Counted from the first letter of the whole stretch, positions 20,522-32,490 are shown. The stretch is 63,443 nt of DNA, filler included, from 8 parts of 8 records of this genome joined end to end with filler, not necessarily neighbours in it, one strand, 5' to 3'. Notes: generated from the sequence alone by a model not told the origin. Numbers and translations: made by a program.

Positions 20522-21060
20522 GATCAATCCTGTTTGGTAAAATGATAGCGCTCGCGATTTACTGGAGAAAACCGTTCTTCAACCTTAAAGCCTTATTGTC
20601 AGGCCTGTTATAGCTGTCTGATTCCATTCCAATCTTCAACACAGATTTTTAGAACATTCACGGCCGTTGTCCTGGCCTGGGGATGGCTTGCGCCCAACAG
20701 AGACGCAAACATAGTTTCAGCTTGTTAGACATTGATTAGCGATCTGTGAATATTTGGTAAATGAGGTATTTTAATGATTGATCTTTAGAACACATCGATT
20801 AGCATTGAATTTAAAATGGGTTTATATTTTTCGTGAGGAAAGTGCAATTGGCTGTTGGTCATGAATGAGCCCTCCGGCAAGGCCATTCTAGATCGCCACA
20901 CCCCGAGCCCATCCCCTTCAACAAAAAACATTACCCTGTTATTTATTCTTCTCATTCTAATCAAATTTCAATCAGATATTAACAAACACGCAAACAGACA
21001 TTATCCATTTTTTAAGGACAATGGTTTAATGCTCATGGTGCGAGATATTGTCACACCCCC

Positions 21061-21099
21061 TTGACAATATTAAAAGTTTGAACTAATATTAGTTCAAAC
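21061..21099 (+). promoter_or_regulatory. Sigma70 promoter with 24-bp palindromic operator of the TA operon
   Basis: TTGACA-17 nt-TAATAT; perfect palindrome GTTTGAACTAAT/ATTAGTTCAAAC (21076-21099) over the -10. Confidence 0.85.
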
Positions 21100-21113
21100 A
21101 CATCTGATAAAGG

Positions 21114-21347
21114 ATGTACACGATGCGGCAGATTAATATTCACAACGCAAAAACCCAGCTATCCAAGCTGATCGCCGAAGGGAAAGAGGTGATCATTGCC
21201 CGTTATGGTCAACCGGTGGCCAAACTGGTTCCAATAACGCCTTTACGGGAGCCTCGCAAACCCGGCACCGCTAAGGGTAAGATAAAGATAAAAGATAGTT
21301 TTTTCAACCCACTGCCCGATGACCACTTGGATGAATTCTACAAATAA
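21114..21347 (+). CDS. Phd/YefM family antitoxin
   Basis: NIHNAKTQLSKLI...VIIARYGQPVAKLVP; true start may be 21123. Confidence 0.92.
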   Translation: MYTMRQINIHNAKTQLSKLIAEGKEVIIARYGQPVAKLVPITPLREPRKPGTAKGKIKIKDSFFNPLPDDHLDEFYK

Positions 21348-21353
21348 CCACCT

Positions 21354-21743
21354 ATGGACTACTTGATCGACACCCATGTTTTATTGTGGTGGATAACAGA
21401 CGATAAGCGCTTGTCATCCAAAGCAAAGGCCTTGATTGGAAACCGTCGTTCCAATATCTATTGGAGCACGGTCAGTTCATGGGAAATATCGATCAAATAT
21501 GCCTTGGGCCGTTTGGAATTCGACGTTCCGCCTGATGTTCTCATCCCGACCGAGCTGGACCAAAATCAGATCGAAACGCTGACAGTTCAGAATGAGCATG
21601 CATTTCTTGCCGGGCAATTGCCTTTGCATCATAAGGATCCATTTGATCGAATGTTGATCGCCCAAGCACAGATTGAGTCCTTGATCCTTATTTCCGACGA
21701 TTCCAAGCTCGGATTGTACAATGTGGATGTCTGCTGGCCATAG
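21354..21743 (+). CDS. vapC: VapC family PIN-domain toxin
   Basis: LIDTHVLLWW, SSWEI, HKDPFDRMLIAQA. Confidence 0.93.
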   Translation: MDYLIDTHVLLWWITDDKRLSSKAKALIGNRRSNIYWSTVSSWEISIKYALGRLEFDVPPDVLIPTELDQNQIETLTVQNEHAFLAGQLPLHHKDPFDRMLIAQAQIESLILISDDSKLGLYNVDVCWP

Positions 21744-22143
21744 AACCTGGCCGCGGTTGGGACCTTTCGATAATTGGTCGTAACCGATTAATAGCTGTTC
21801 CTGGCCCCAATAAGGCAAAAAAAACCAGAGGCCACAAACCATTAGCCTCAAACCCACGCCCTGAATCTTCTCAAGCCAACCTACTTTTTTTCAAAAAACT
21901 GCTTAAACAGACATTGTCCATCAAAAAAGATCAATAATTGAATCTACGCCCTGCGTCTATGCTCGGCATGGATGCACCATTGGTCTTCAGCTTACCGGAT
22001 AAGGCAACATTACCCCGTTATTTATGCTTCTCATGCTAATATAATTTTAATCAAATATTAACATCCCCCAAACAGGTATGGTTCAATAATTCGGGTTAAC
22101 AGTTCTATTTTCAAGTTAGCGTTTCAACCAAGGAAATGTTGCC

Positions 22144-24004
22144 ATGAAACAAGACAAACCATTGCGAATGACACAACCCGACACGCTCATCCAATTGGAC
22201 CAACATTTCAGCAAACCACTCATGCGCCATGCGATGAAACTGGCCGGCAGAATTCTCGACCCGCCATTGGGAATAAGTCGCATTAACGGGATCTATGAGC
22301 AGTTGCTGAACGCGTCCTCCGCCGAACCGTTCAACGATATTCTGCGCCTGCTGGGCACCAACTACCTGGTGACGTCAGAAGACCTGGCTAAAATCCCTGG
22401 CCATGGACCGCTGGTGGTTGTCGCCAACCATCCCTTCGGCGGGATCGAAGGCATCATTCTGGCCGACCTGTTGATGCGGATTCGCCCGGACACGAAGGTG
22501 TTGGGCAATTATCTTCTCCAACGCATCGAGCCGATTCGGGGCAGCATCATCCCCGTCGATCCGTTTGGTCGCAAGTCCTCGGTGCAAACCAATACAAAAG
22601 GTTTTCGAACCTGCCTGCGATGGCTGCGGCAAGGCAATTGCCTGGTCACTTTTCCGGCCGGCGAGGTATCCCACATCGACTATCGCCAGGGTCGCATCAC
22701 GGACCCCGCCTGGAGCCACCATGTTGCCAGCCTGGTGCGCATGAGCTGCGCCCACGTGCTGCCGGTCTTTTTCCCGGGCCGCAACAGCCTGTTGTTCAAC
22801 CTCCTGGGGCTCATGCACTCACGGCTGCGCACGATGATGCTCCCGCGGGAAATGCTGGCTCGACAATCAACGCGGATTAATTTATTCGTGGGACGGAGCA
22901 TCTTACCGGACCGGATGCGCTCGTTCAAAAACGACAAGGACCTGATCCGCTGGCTACGATTCAAGACCTATTTCATCGCCAACCGCCTGTCACGGGGTGG
23001 TCAAATGGAGCGTTTTTTCTCCAAACGCCCCAACTCGGAAAGAAATCCTCAGGAATTGATTTCACCCGTTTCCTCCTCTCTTCTGGCAGCCGAAATAGCA
23101 GCGTTACCCGATCGATGCAGTTTGCTCGCCCATAAACAGATGGCGGTCTTCATCGCCGACAGCGAACAGATCCCGCATCTGTTGCGGGAAGTCGGCAGGC
23201 TGCGCGAGAAAACCTTTCGAGAGGTGGGCGAAGGCACGGGCAAGCCCATGGATGTCGACCTTTTTGACAGTTATTACCGCCATTTGATTCTATGGAATGC
23301 AGAGACCACCGAAGTGGTCGGGGCCTATCGTATCGGCGATACGGCGGCCATCCTGGATCGCTTCGGTCGCAAGGGACTTTACACCCATTCCCTGTTCCGG
23401 TTTAAAAGCGGCCTGATGCGCCACTTGAGCCATTCCCTTGAATTGGGCCGATCGTTCATCCGGTCCGAATATCAACGCCAGCCCAACTGCCTGGCCCTGT
23501 TATGGAAGGGAATCGGTAGCTACCTGGTGCGACACCCCCACTACCGGGTACTCTTCGGCCCGGTGAGCATCAGCAACAGTTACCAGCGCATATCCAAGCA
23601 GCTGATGATCCAATTTTTTAAGGCGCAACTGCTCATCCAGGAAGTTGAGCGCCCATGTGAGCCCACGCTGCCCGTTTCGCATGTTGCCGGGACGCCGGCT
23701 GGATGATCTGGGCCACCGCCTGGCCGCTGGATCCATAGATGATGTTTCCATGCTGATCTCCGAAATCGAAAGCGACGGCAAACGAGTTCCGGTACTCATC
23801 AAGCATTACCTCAAACTCAACGGTGAGTTTATCGCCTTCAACGTGGACCGGGATTTTTGCGATGCCGTCGATGGACTGGTGGTCGTGGATCTGATGAAGA
23901 CGGAAACCAAATTGCTCGAGCGTTTTATGAGTGCCAAGGGCGCCCGGTCTTACCATGCATGCTGGTCGGGAAAAGAACGTCAGGGTTCGTTAAGGTCTTC
24001 TTAG
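22144..24004 (+). CDS. Bifunctional LPLAT + GNAT acyltransferase (OlsF-like amino-lipid synthase), frameshifted near 23630
   Basis: NHPFGGIEG and FPAGEVS (PlsC-like), then GRLREKTFREVGEG, VGAYR, ELGRSFI; C-terminus PVLIKHYLKL...DGLVVVDL in ORF 23645-24004. Confidence 0.8.
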
Positions 24005-24133
24005 TTCAACATAGGCTGAGCGTTTCAAATTCTGCAGGACCAAAGAACAGTCCTGATTCAAGAACATTTGCACAATCTATTTTAGCGAGAACGGTCAACG
24101 GGTTTCCACCAACCCCTGCGGGGTTTAAAGCGT

Positions 24134-24607
24134 TCAATGCTTTTTTTTGCTACGCTTGTTGCGGTATAGGCTAACTGATCGAAGGGCAAGGAAATATCCA
24201 CCAACGGCCAGGGGAATACTCAGGATAAGCCCCCCCACAAAAAGATCCAACAGCACCATCGGAGACTGCTTCATAAAAGCTAGGACCGCCGAAAAGCCAA
24301 ACGTCTCAGGCCAGCTGATTGCGGTGGAGGCGCCCAGCAATTTTTCCCCCACCCAGTAATTGAGCGGGTATATCAGCGGTATCGTCACCACGTTGGTGAT
24401 TTGCACGCCGATCAATGCGGAAATCTTGCTCCAGCCCAGAAGTGAGGCCAGTATCAGGCAGGATATTATGTGCATCCCGAAAAAGGGGGTCATGCCGATC
24501 ATCACCCCCATGGAAAAACCCAATGCGATCTGGCGGGGCTCCCCCTTGAGTTTGATGAAGCGGGAATATATTCGGGATGCCGCTGCTTTAAAATTAGTGA
24601 TGATCAT
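24134..24607 (-). CDS. DUF2062 family membrane protein
   Basis: PRQIALGFSMGVMIGMTPFFG, ITNVVTIPLIY. Confidence 0.85.
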   Translation of the reverse strand: MIITNFKAAASRIYSRFIKLKGEPRQIALGFSMGVMIGMTPFFGMHIISCLILASLLGWSKISALIGVQITNVVTIPLIYPLNYWVGEKLLGASTAISWPETFGFSAVLAFMKQSPMVLLDLFVGGLILSIPLAVGGYFLALRSVSLYRNKRSKKKH

Positions 24608-24618
24608 TTGACCATAAA

Positions 24619-25667
24619 TCAGGTTCGGTCCCGATTCACATGAAACCTAATCCCCGCCCCGGTGGTCTGGCTTCTTCCCGTTCTTAAAAACATTCCCACC
24701 CCAATAATCTGGAGAAAGAGGATTACGCTGGGATCCCACAGGGACTGCAGCCCGACCAGCACATCGGTACTCTGTGCGGCCGGTGGAAAAATAAACGGCA
24801 GCAGCAGCCCATAAGGAATGGTAAACAGGCTCATGATCTGGTAGACACTGATCTTACGGTCTCCACGGTAATCCGACCGCAAAAACTCGGAGAGGAACCG
24901 CCATCCCTGTGAGACTATAAGACAAATAAAAAACGCCCAGGCATACACCCCATGAAGGTATAACAGTGCCGCGACCAGCGCGCAAGCCGTATAAAGCACG
25001 ACGGTGATGGCCTGAACGGCGAAAATTTTCTCGCCATCGAGCCGGTGGGCATAGGCAATTTTTTTGGTATTGCCGCTGAACGTGAACGTTGCCCACGATA
25101 AGTGGCGCTGCACAAAGGATGGCATTCGATCAAGGGGTCTGCCGTAGCAGCATCCGAAACTGATACAGGCCAGTCGGCCAACCCCTTCGCCCAGGGTATA
25201 ACCGATCATCAGGGCCGATACCACCGCCATGGGTTCAAAGTGGATGGACATCCATTTCCGAACGATGAACGCCATCAACAAAACCAGCCAAGGCCCGCAA
25301 ACAATCCCCAAAAATGAAGCCGCCCCCACACTGAAGGTGTGCGGTTTTTTCTCGACCCACCGGGCAACGACGCGCGACGCCGGAAGGCAGATACCAAGAA
25401 CGCCGAGGATCGTTGCGGCGAAGACCTTGAAATCGATGCCTGCCGAAGCGGTGAGAATAAAAACCAAGGCGACACCGGCACACAGGGACAGCGCATTGAA
25501 AAGGCCGTAATAGGTTAGATTGAGTCCCTGCCATGCGCCGTCGACCGTTCTTTTGATTGGAACCGTACAGATGATCTGCCACCGTTCCTTCGGCAGGGAC
25601 TTGAAACTCCATAAATAGAGTGGCGTTAAAAAAAAGCCAGCGCTGAAACGAAAAGCCAGTTTGCCAT
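24619..25667 (-). CDS. Prolipoprotein diacylglyceryl transferase (Lgt)-like membrane protein
   Basis: GRLACISFGCCYGRP and RFLSEFLRSD; probable start MANWLFVSALAF at 25667 with a 1-nt slip in a T8 run (track start 25710). Confidence 0.75.
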
Positions 25668-25756
25668 GGGTGGGTGGTCCTGCTAAGGTTAAATTTATTT
25701 GGTCGTTCAATGGACCCCTTTAATCCTCGACCCTTTGGATCCTATACTTTTTTACT

Positions 25757-26785
25757 TCACCCTTCTGTCCGGCGCCCGATCTCCGAGCGCACCTTTACGT
25801 CCGTTTCCACCAGGGGAGACTGGAAATGCATGGTATATCGGCTGGACACATCCTGCCTCATCATATTGGCCAGGATATCCACGGAAAACGCAACGCGATC
25901 TTTCTGAAAAATCAGCACATCGACGCTGCTGCCAGGCCGGTAAAGACTCTTTGGACAGCCCCGTTCCAAAAACATTCCCGGCAGGATAACCGTGGGGTCA
26001 TCATATTCATGGGCGCTGTAACACTGTACGATATCTCCGATCATCATGGCTACGATCTCGACCATGGCCACCAGACCGATCCGCGTGCCACCGGCAACAT
26101 CCGTATTGATGATCGTGACCACCCGGCGATTTTTGGAAAACGGCGTAACCAGGGAAACGACGGCGCCAGGATTGCAGGAATGACAGCACCCGTCGATCTC
26201 GTAGATTTCTTCCACCCGTCCGGATACCGGCACATGGTTGTAATGGTATTTATCCGGAGTCAATCGAAAAAGAGCGAAATCACCGCCTGCAAAGGTCTCC
26301 TGCCAGTTGGTTTTGTCGATGCCGACCAGTTCGTTAAACGAAAAAAATTTTTCCTTAAGATAAAGCGAATCGTGGCAGTCCAGTGAACCGACAATCGTTC
26401 TGGCATCCGCCGGCGAAACAATACGATCCATGCCATCGGGCATGGGACGGCACCGCCAATAATTGATCTTGCGCTCGAAAATCTTTCGCGGTGTATTCAG
26501 AGACACCGGATTGTCTAAACATTCATCCAGGTTCATCCCCATGTTTTTCAGTCGATTGCCATTGTTCCAATGGTGGCCGTTCAAAGGCAGGTCGAAGTTG
26601 ATGAAACCTAAAATGGCTGACATGCGCTTGGAGGTCGCCGCCTTGAACAAAAGGGATGGATTCTCCTTGGCGCGCGAATATAGACGGTTAATCAGAGTAT
26701 CGGCAGTCAATTTTTCGGTGGTTACGTTGTCGGTATCGCGGTCGATATATTGGTGAGGAATTGGTTCGGCACTCAATGTTGTCAT
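25757..26785 (-). CDS. Phosphatidylserine decarboxylase family proenzyme
   Basis: SPAD, RLTPDKYHYNHVPVSG, PGSSVD (GSS self-cleavage-like site). Confidence 0.85.
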   Translation of the reverse strand: MTTLSAEPIPHQYIDRDTDNVTTEKLTADTLINRLYSRAKENPSLLFKAATSKRMSAILGFINFDLPLNGHHWNNGNRLKNMGMNLDECLDNPVSLNTPRKIFERKINYWRCRPMPDGMDRIVSPADARTIVGSLDCHDSLYLKEKFFSFNELVGIDKTNWQETFAGGDFALFRLTPDKYHYNHVPVSGRVEEIYEIDGCCHSCNPGAVVSLVTPFSKNRRVVTIINTDVAGGTRIGLVAMVEIVAMMIGDIVQCYSAHEYDDPTVILPGMFLERGCPKSLYRPGSSVDVLIFQKDRVAFSVDILANMMRQDVSSRYTMHFQSPLVETDVKVRSEIGRRTEG

Positions 26786-28141
26786 TTCTCCGGTGCATCG
26801 GCCTGTGTCTGCCGGCGCATATGATTAAGGGTCAAAAGCATGAGATGAATCAGCCGCCTCATGGTGGCCAAGGGCAGGGCCTCCGTTACTATGGCGGATC
26901 GCAGGGTTTGAATCAATGAAACGGCATCCTTGCCTTTCAAAATGGACAGTAGCGCCTGATTGTAAGTGCCGTCCCGCCAGGCCGGCATTCCGTCCAGGTA
27001 GCCAAGTGCCTCACACCAAAGATCAACGGCCTCTTCCATTTGCTCTTCCTTCAACTGCTCACGGTAAAAGGATTCAGCAGCTGAATTGAAAGCATCGCCG
27101 GTCAACGCCATGGAGGAGGATGCCCCGGCGGCTTCGCAAATGCGGCGGGTAAGCCGGCCGGCAGCCGTATCCCGGCCATTGGATCGGATCCGAGCCTCCA
27201 AGTCCTCTAGGGCTGGCCGAAGCCCCATCATCTCGATTAGTTCCGGGGCATCTTGCTTAAGCTTTTTAACCAGCATGGATTGAAAATCAACCGTCCGGAC
27301 CCTTGTATACCCGTGATACCGCCGGCTCGACCGAGTGTGGAGAGTCTCTTTTGCCATTTGCGCAAGCAACCGGTTGGGCGTATCCACACGGACATAAAAT
27401 GTGGGTATGCCGGCCGCCGTACCGAAGAATATCTGCCGCCGCTCGCTTTCCACAAACGGGTGATCAGGGATATCGGCGTGGTTTACCTTACCGGTAAAAA
27501 TATATTTGTAAGCCAGGGCCGTGATCAGCATTTGCATATTGGTGGCCTGGGCCATATCCCGGCCAAGGCTTTCGAAAAGACTGTAGTGCCGGCCCTCAAA
27601 GCCGGTAAAGCCCATGGTCTCAAAACTGCGCGTCCGGTAGAGCATGTAAAGGGGCATGCACGGATCGAAAACGCCCATGTCACCCAAATCCTTTTTCAGG
27701 CGAATGTCATTGCCCGGTTGTCCGTCCAGGGCCGGACTTTCATCGGTGGCCATCAGGGCCACCAGGTAATCGATCAGCCGGAAGTCCGGGACATAATCGC
27801 CCTTGAGCCCGAAACACCGCGAAAGGCCGTGGTCCAGCCACTCGGGTCCGAAAGGGGTAATACTGCGCCCCATGATTTTGAGGCGTGCTTTCTTCTTCCA
27901 CCGACGCCAAAGCATTCTCAAATGCGTGAAATCCAGTTCATGGGGCAAAAAACCGAGTACCCGTTCAGGGTGGAAATCCATGAAGTCGATGCGGTACGGC
28001 GCAGCCGAATACGTCCCCACGAATAACGGCAGGAAATGCTCCACGATTTTAATGGCCAGATCCCCGTAGTGTTTTTCTTCCAGCGGGCCATAGCCCGATT
28101 TGGGATCTTGCATCAGGCCGGTGAGCATACGACTGCCTAGA
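26782..28141 (-). CDS. Conserved-looking hypothetical enzyme, 5' truncated by the contig end
   Basis: >448 aa open frame, ATGA overlap with the psd-like gene; motifs LGFLPHELD, GFEGRHYSLF, ESERRQIFF. Confidence 0.7.
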
Positions 28142-28241
28142 NNNNNNNNNNNNNNNNNNNNNNNNNNNNNNNNNNNNNNNNNNNNTTAATTAATTAANNN
28201 NNNNNNNNNNNNNNNNNNNNNNNNNNNNNNNNNNNNNNNNN
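28142..28241. other. Artificial contig linker
   Basis: N44-TTAATTAATTAA-N44. Confidence 0.99.
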
Positions 28242-29137
28242 TTTTTATCAACAACTGTAACAGTAATAAAATCTGAGGAATCGAGTTTATCAAAGTAAAC
28301 ATATTCATCCTCGTTTGAAACAGTATTCTTTAGTTGAGTTACATCTTTTTGACCATTGTATATAGAGAAATAATCAAAATATTCAGTCTGCTCTGAAATA
28401 ATAGGGTATAAAAGCATGCCTTCATCGCTGTATATATATATATTTGGGTTATAACTGCTATCTGGATTTTTTGCCGCCTCAAACACCGTATCGTAATATT
28501 GAACTACTTCAATAATACCATCTGGATGATTGAACCGATCAAAATAAACGCGGCATAAAGATATATAATAAGTATCAGGACTTATTTTTGTCATTTCGGA
28601 CAAATGAGGTTTTTTTGCAGGCTTTGCTATGTATCTATATCCATTTTTGATTAATGTAGATTCATACCACGGCTGGCTGTCGACATCCGAATTTATGAAC
28701 CCATTATACAAACCAGTACCAAAGCCACCCGAATCTAAATTATATAAATTCAGTTGTCGGACATCAAAGTTTGCTCCTATAATGGCAAACATTAAATCGT
28801 GTAATATTTTAGCATTATTATTTTGAGCATACGCATCTTCGTTGGTTTTTGATAAATCATTTTGTAGATGCAAATATTCTGAAAAAGAATCTCGTAGTAG
28901 GTTAGAATAAAGAGCGTTGATAGACACTGTGTTCATCATTTTTATTTGATAATCTACACTTTCGCCAACGGCAGCACTCGTTTGCTTTATGTTAGATTCG
29001 TTTATACGGTTAATAGTAGTGAACTGAAAGTAGGCAAAAAAAACTGTGATAATTAATAGCACAAGTAACATTGCAAGCATATATGATTTTGTTAACACGG
29101 ACTGCATGTGCGTTTCGTTGTCTTTGTATCTAAACAT
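28242..29137 (-). CDS. Cache-domain sensor histidine kinase (YesM-like), 3' truncated
   Basis: AGGAG RBS, N-terminal TM, SQPWY Cache-type motif; divergent from a sugar ABC operon. Confidence 0.7.
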
Positions 29138-29337
29138 CAAAATACAACTCCTAAGTAAAATCAACAAGTTTTGGTTAGATATGGCTTGGAATGATTCAAT
29201 TATATTGTCCCATAAACAAAATAAATATACAAGGTTAAAAAAGTGTATATTTTATACTTTATGGTGTATGTTCTATACCGTAGTGCGCTGATATAATTTG
29301 AAGATGTAAGTGATTCGTAAAATAAAAGGAGGAAAAA

Positions 29338-30693
29338 ATGAAAAAATTATTAGTTATTTTGGTTGTGATTATGATGATAGCATCAGTATTCACAGGATGT
29401 ACTTCTGGACAACCAGCATCAGATGAGGATGCTAAGGCACCAGAACAAGCAGAAGAAAAAGCAGAGGAAGTTACATCTAATGAAGGCCGTACTTTGACTA
29501 TTATGGCTAGCCAAGATTGGGTTAAAGAACCTGAAATGGAACTTGCAGCAAAGTTTTCAGAAGAAACTGGCATTAAAGTGGATTATCAAGTTATTCCAGC
29601 TGATCAGTATCCAAATCTTCTAACAACAAAATTGAACTCTGGTGAGTGTGCAGATATCTTTATGCATCAATCAGGTAAATTCGATATCGTATCTTTACTA
29701 CAAATCGAAAAGAATGCAGCTGACCTTTCTGGTGAAGAATGGGTAGGCACATTTAGCGATGCTGTTAAAGAGCAAGTATCTGTAGGTGATACATGTTATG
29801 GCGTTTCTCATTGGGATTTAGGCGATAGCTATGTATATATTTATAACAAAACAATTTTTGAAGAAAATGGTTTAAGCGTTCCAACTACTTTTGAAGAATT
29901 TAAACAAGTTTGTCAAACATTGTTGGATAATGGCGTTACACCAGTTTACGAATGCGTAGCAGACGGATGGCATCATCAACTAAACTTCTTTGATACTTCT
30001 GCAGCATATGACGCAGCAGATGCAAATATGAAAGACAAGTTGATTGCAAACGAAACAACAGTTGCTGAAAATGCTGTATTCACTACTTTCTTAGAGCAAA
30101 TGAAAGAAGTTGTTGATGCAGGATATTGGGGCGAAGACTATATGTCTAATGAATATTCAATGCTAGCAGGAGCAATGGCAAGTGGAGAATATGCTATGAC
30201 AGTTAATATGATGGGTCGTGTTGGTGCAATTGAAGAAGCAGATTCTTCACTATACACTGTAGATGATTTTGGATTCTTCCCATCACCATATCTTGATAAT
30301 CAAATTATTGCTGAAACACCATGTGGTCCAAGCAAATTTGTTTTTGCAGGAAGTGAAAATATTGATATAGCAAAAGAGTATATAGCATATCTTTGTCAAC
30401 CAGAAAACCTTCAATATCTAATCGATAATGAGCCAAGCTTTAACAGCATGCCATTTAGTGGTGTTGAATCAGCATATTCTGAAGAAATTACTGAAGCAAT
30501 GGATGCATATAAACCTGGTACAGCTACTGTTTATCAAAATGCAGTTACTTATTTAAATCCTCAATGGATGGAAATTGGTTCTGATCTAACAGCATACTTG
30601 CTTGGAGATATGACAGCTGAAGAAGTAGTTAAAAACATAGACCAACGTCGTGCAGACCAAGCTACAGCAGCTGGCGATGCAAGTTGGGAATAA
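29338..30693 (+). CDS. Sugar ABC transporter substrate-binding lipoprotein
   Basis: Lipobox FTGC; YNKTIF...PTTFEEF. Confidence 0.93.
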   Translation: MKKLLVILVVIMMIASVFTGCTSGQPASDEDAKAPEQAEEKAEEVTSNEGRTLTIMASQDWVKEPEMELAAKFSEETGIKVDYQVIPADQYPNLLTTKLNSGECADIFMHQSGKFDIVSLLQIEKNAADLSGEEWVGTFSDAVKEQVSVGDTCYGVSHWDLGDSYVYIYNKTIFEENGLSVPTTFEEFKQVCQTLLDNGVTPVYECVADGWHHQLNFFDTSAAYDAADANMKDKLIANETTVAENAVFTTFLEQMKEVVDAGYWGEDYMSNEYSMLAGAMASGEYAMTVNMMGRVGAIEEADSSLYTVDDFGFFPSPYLDNQIIAETPCGPSKFVFAGSENIDIAKEYIAYLCQPENLQYLIDNEPSFNSMPFSGVESAYSEEITEAMDAYKPGTATVYQNAVTYLNPQWMEIGSDLTAYLLGDMTAEEVVKNIDQRRADQATAAGDASWE

Positions 30694-30726
30694 AGAAATT
30701 TTAATTGATTCAATAAAGTAATTAAT

Positions 30727-30771
30727 AGATGCCGTTTGCCTGCCATAAGCTGGTAAGCGGCAATCTTTTTT
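30727..30771 (+). terminator. Intra-operon stem-loop after the binding-protein gene
   Basis: GATGCCGTTTGCC...GGTAAGCGGCAATC followed by a T run. Confidence 0.55.
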
Positions 30772-30791
30772 AAAACTATAAGGAGAACAAA

Positions 30792-31667
30792 GTGAACAAG
30801 AAAAAAATATATCCTTGGTATTTTCCGCTGGGCGCACTTGTCTTTTATGTCATGCTTTTTGTTTTACCCGGCATAATAGGTATAGGATACTCGTTTACAG
30901 ATTGGTCAAGTTATTCATCAGAGGTCAAATTTATAGGATTTGAAAACTATAAAGAGATTTTCTCTGCTGATAGAAATTATATTGACTATATTGGAAATAC
31001 ACTGTTATTTACATTTGTAACCAGCATAGGAAAAACAGTTATTGCATTGGTGCTTGCACTTATGCTAAGTAAAGGTGTTAAAGCAATCGGATTTCACCGT
31101 TCTGTTTTATATATGCCATCGGTTATGTCTATTTTAACTGTCAGTTTGGTGTTTACATCTATATTACACCCTACTAAAGGTGTTTTAAATGATACGCTGA
31201 TAAAAATTGGCTTAGAAGGCTTAACGCAAAAATGGCTAGTAGATTCTAAAATAGCGATTTGGTCGGTTATGGGTGTTGATATATGGCGTGGTATGGGATA
31301 TATCATGACAATACTAATTACTGGTATACTTTCAATTTCACCAACGTACTTTGAAGCAGCAGATATAGACGGGGCTAACGGGTGGAGGAAATTTTGGCAT
31401 GTCACATTTCCGCTTTTACTACCAACAATCGGTGTAACAGTTGTGCTTAATGTACTGTACGGACTAAAGGTGTTTGATATTGTTTACGCACTTACAAATG
31501 GAGGTCCAGGTCATGCTACCGAAGTTATGTATACATCAGTGTTTAAAGAATTCTCTATGGGTAGATATGCCGTGGGTACAGCGATTAGTAGTGTGATGTT
31601 CATAATTATGATTATACTGGGTGTATTTATGATAAAAGGATTGACAAGAAACGAGGTGCAGGAATAA
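30792..31667 (+). CDS. Sugar ABC permease 1
   Basis: EAADIDGA loop, ALTNGGPG. Confidence 0.93.
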   Translation: MNKKKIYPWYFPLGALVFYVMLFVLPGIIGIGYSFTDWSSYSSEVKFIGFENYKEIFSADRNYIDYIGNTLLFTFVTSIGKTVIALVLALMLSKGVKAIGFHRSVLYMPSVMSILTVSLVFTSILHPTKGVLNDTLIKIGLEGLTQKWLVDSKIAIWSVMGVDIWRGMGYIMTILITGILSISPTYFEAADIDGANGWRKFWHVTFPLLLPTIGVTVVLNVLYGLKVFDIVYALTNGGPGHATEVMYTSVFKEFSMGRYAVGTAISSVMFIIMIILGVFMIKGLTRNEVQE

Positions 31668-32490
31668 TGGCTGGTAAAAAGATAACAAAAAAGATAGCAA
31701 AAAACTTAGTTGCATGGATTGTATCGCTTATTATGCTAGTGCCACTTGCGCTTATAGTTATAAATTCATTTAAGACCAAACAAGAAGCATCAACACTTAC
31801 ATTTGCATTACCAAAAGTATGGGCTTTTGATAATTTTGCAGTTGTAATTGAAAAAGGAAAACTTGTAACAGCGTTTTTTAATAGCTTATTATACTCAACA
31901 GCGGGCACATTTGGTACAATAATTTTTGCATCAATGGCTGCATATGTGTTTTCGAGAAGACAAACAAAAATGAACAAATTCCTATACTTATTTATGGTAA
32001 TGGGGATAGTTATACCAATTAACTATGTAGCACTCATGAAAGTTATGCAAGTTTTGCAGCTTAACAATACACGAGTCGGCATAATATTTTTATATATGGC
32101 AATACAATTACCGTTTATCGTTTTTCTAATATACGGTTTTGTATCAAGGATACCAGTAGAACTGGATGAAGCGGCGGTTATTGATGGATGTGGACCGTTC
32201 AGATTATTTTTCTCTGTAATTTTTCCACTTCTAAAACCGGTACTTATTATGTCGGGAGTCCTGTGCTTTTTAAATATGTGGAACGAATTTATAATGCCGC
32301 TGTATTTTTAAATTCAACAGACAGCTGGCCTATGACTTTAGCAGTGTACAATTTCTTTGGTTTATATGATACCAACTGGAATTTGGTTTGTGCAGATATT
32401 TTACTGACAATTCTTCCGGTTATACTGATATACCTAACATTCCAAAAACATATTGTTGGCGGACAGACTGCGGGAGCAGTAAAGGGATAG
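31667..32490 (+). CDS. Sugar ABC permease 2 (frameshift near 32305)
   Basis: EAAVIDG, WNEF; C-terminus continues in ORF 32188-32490 (FQKHIVGGQTAGAVKG). Confidence 0.9.

Noticed and set aside
27253..28026. Long antisense ORFs (also 22375-22818, 25826-26386, 35762-36400, 40156-40875, 50493-51038, 53132-53572)
   Set aside because: Shadows of better-supported genes on the opposite strand; no motifs
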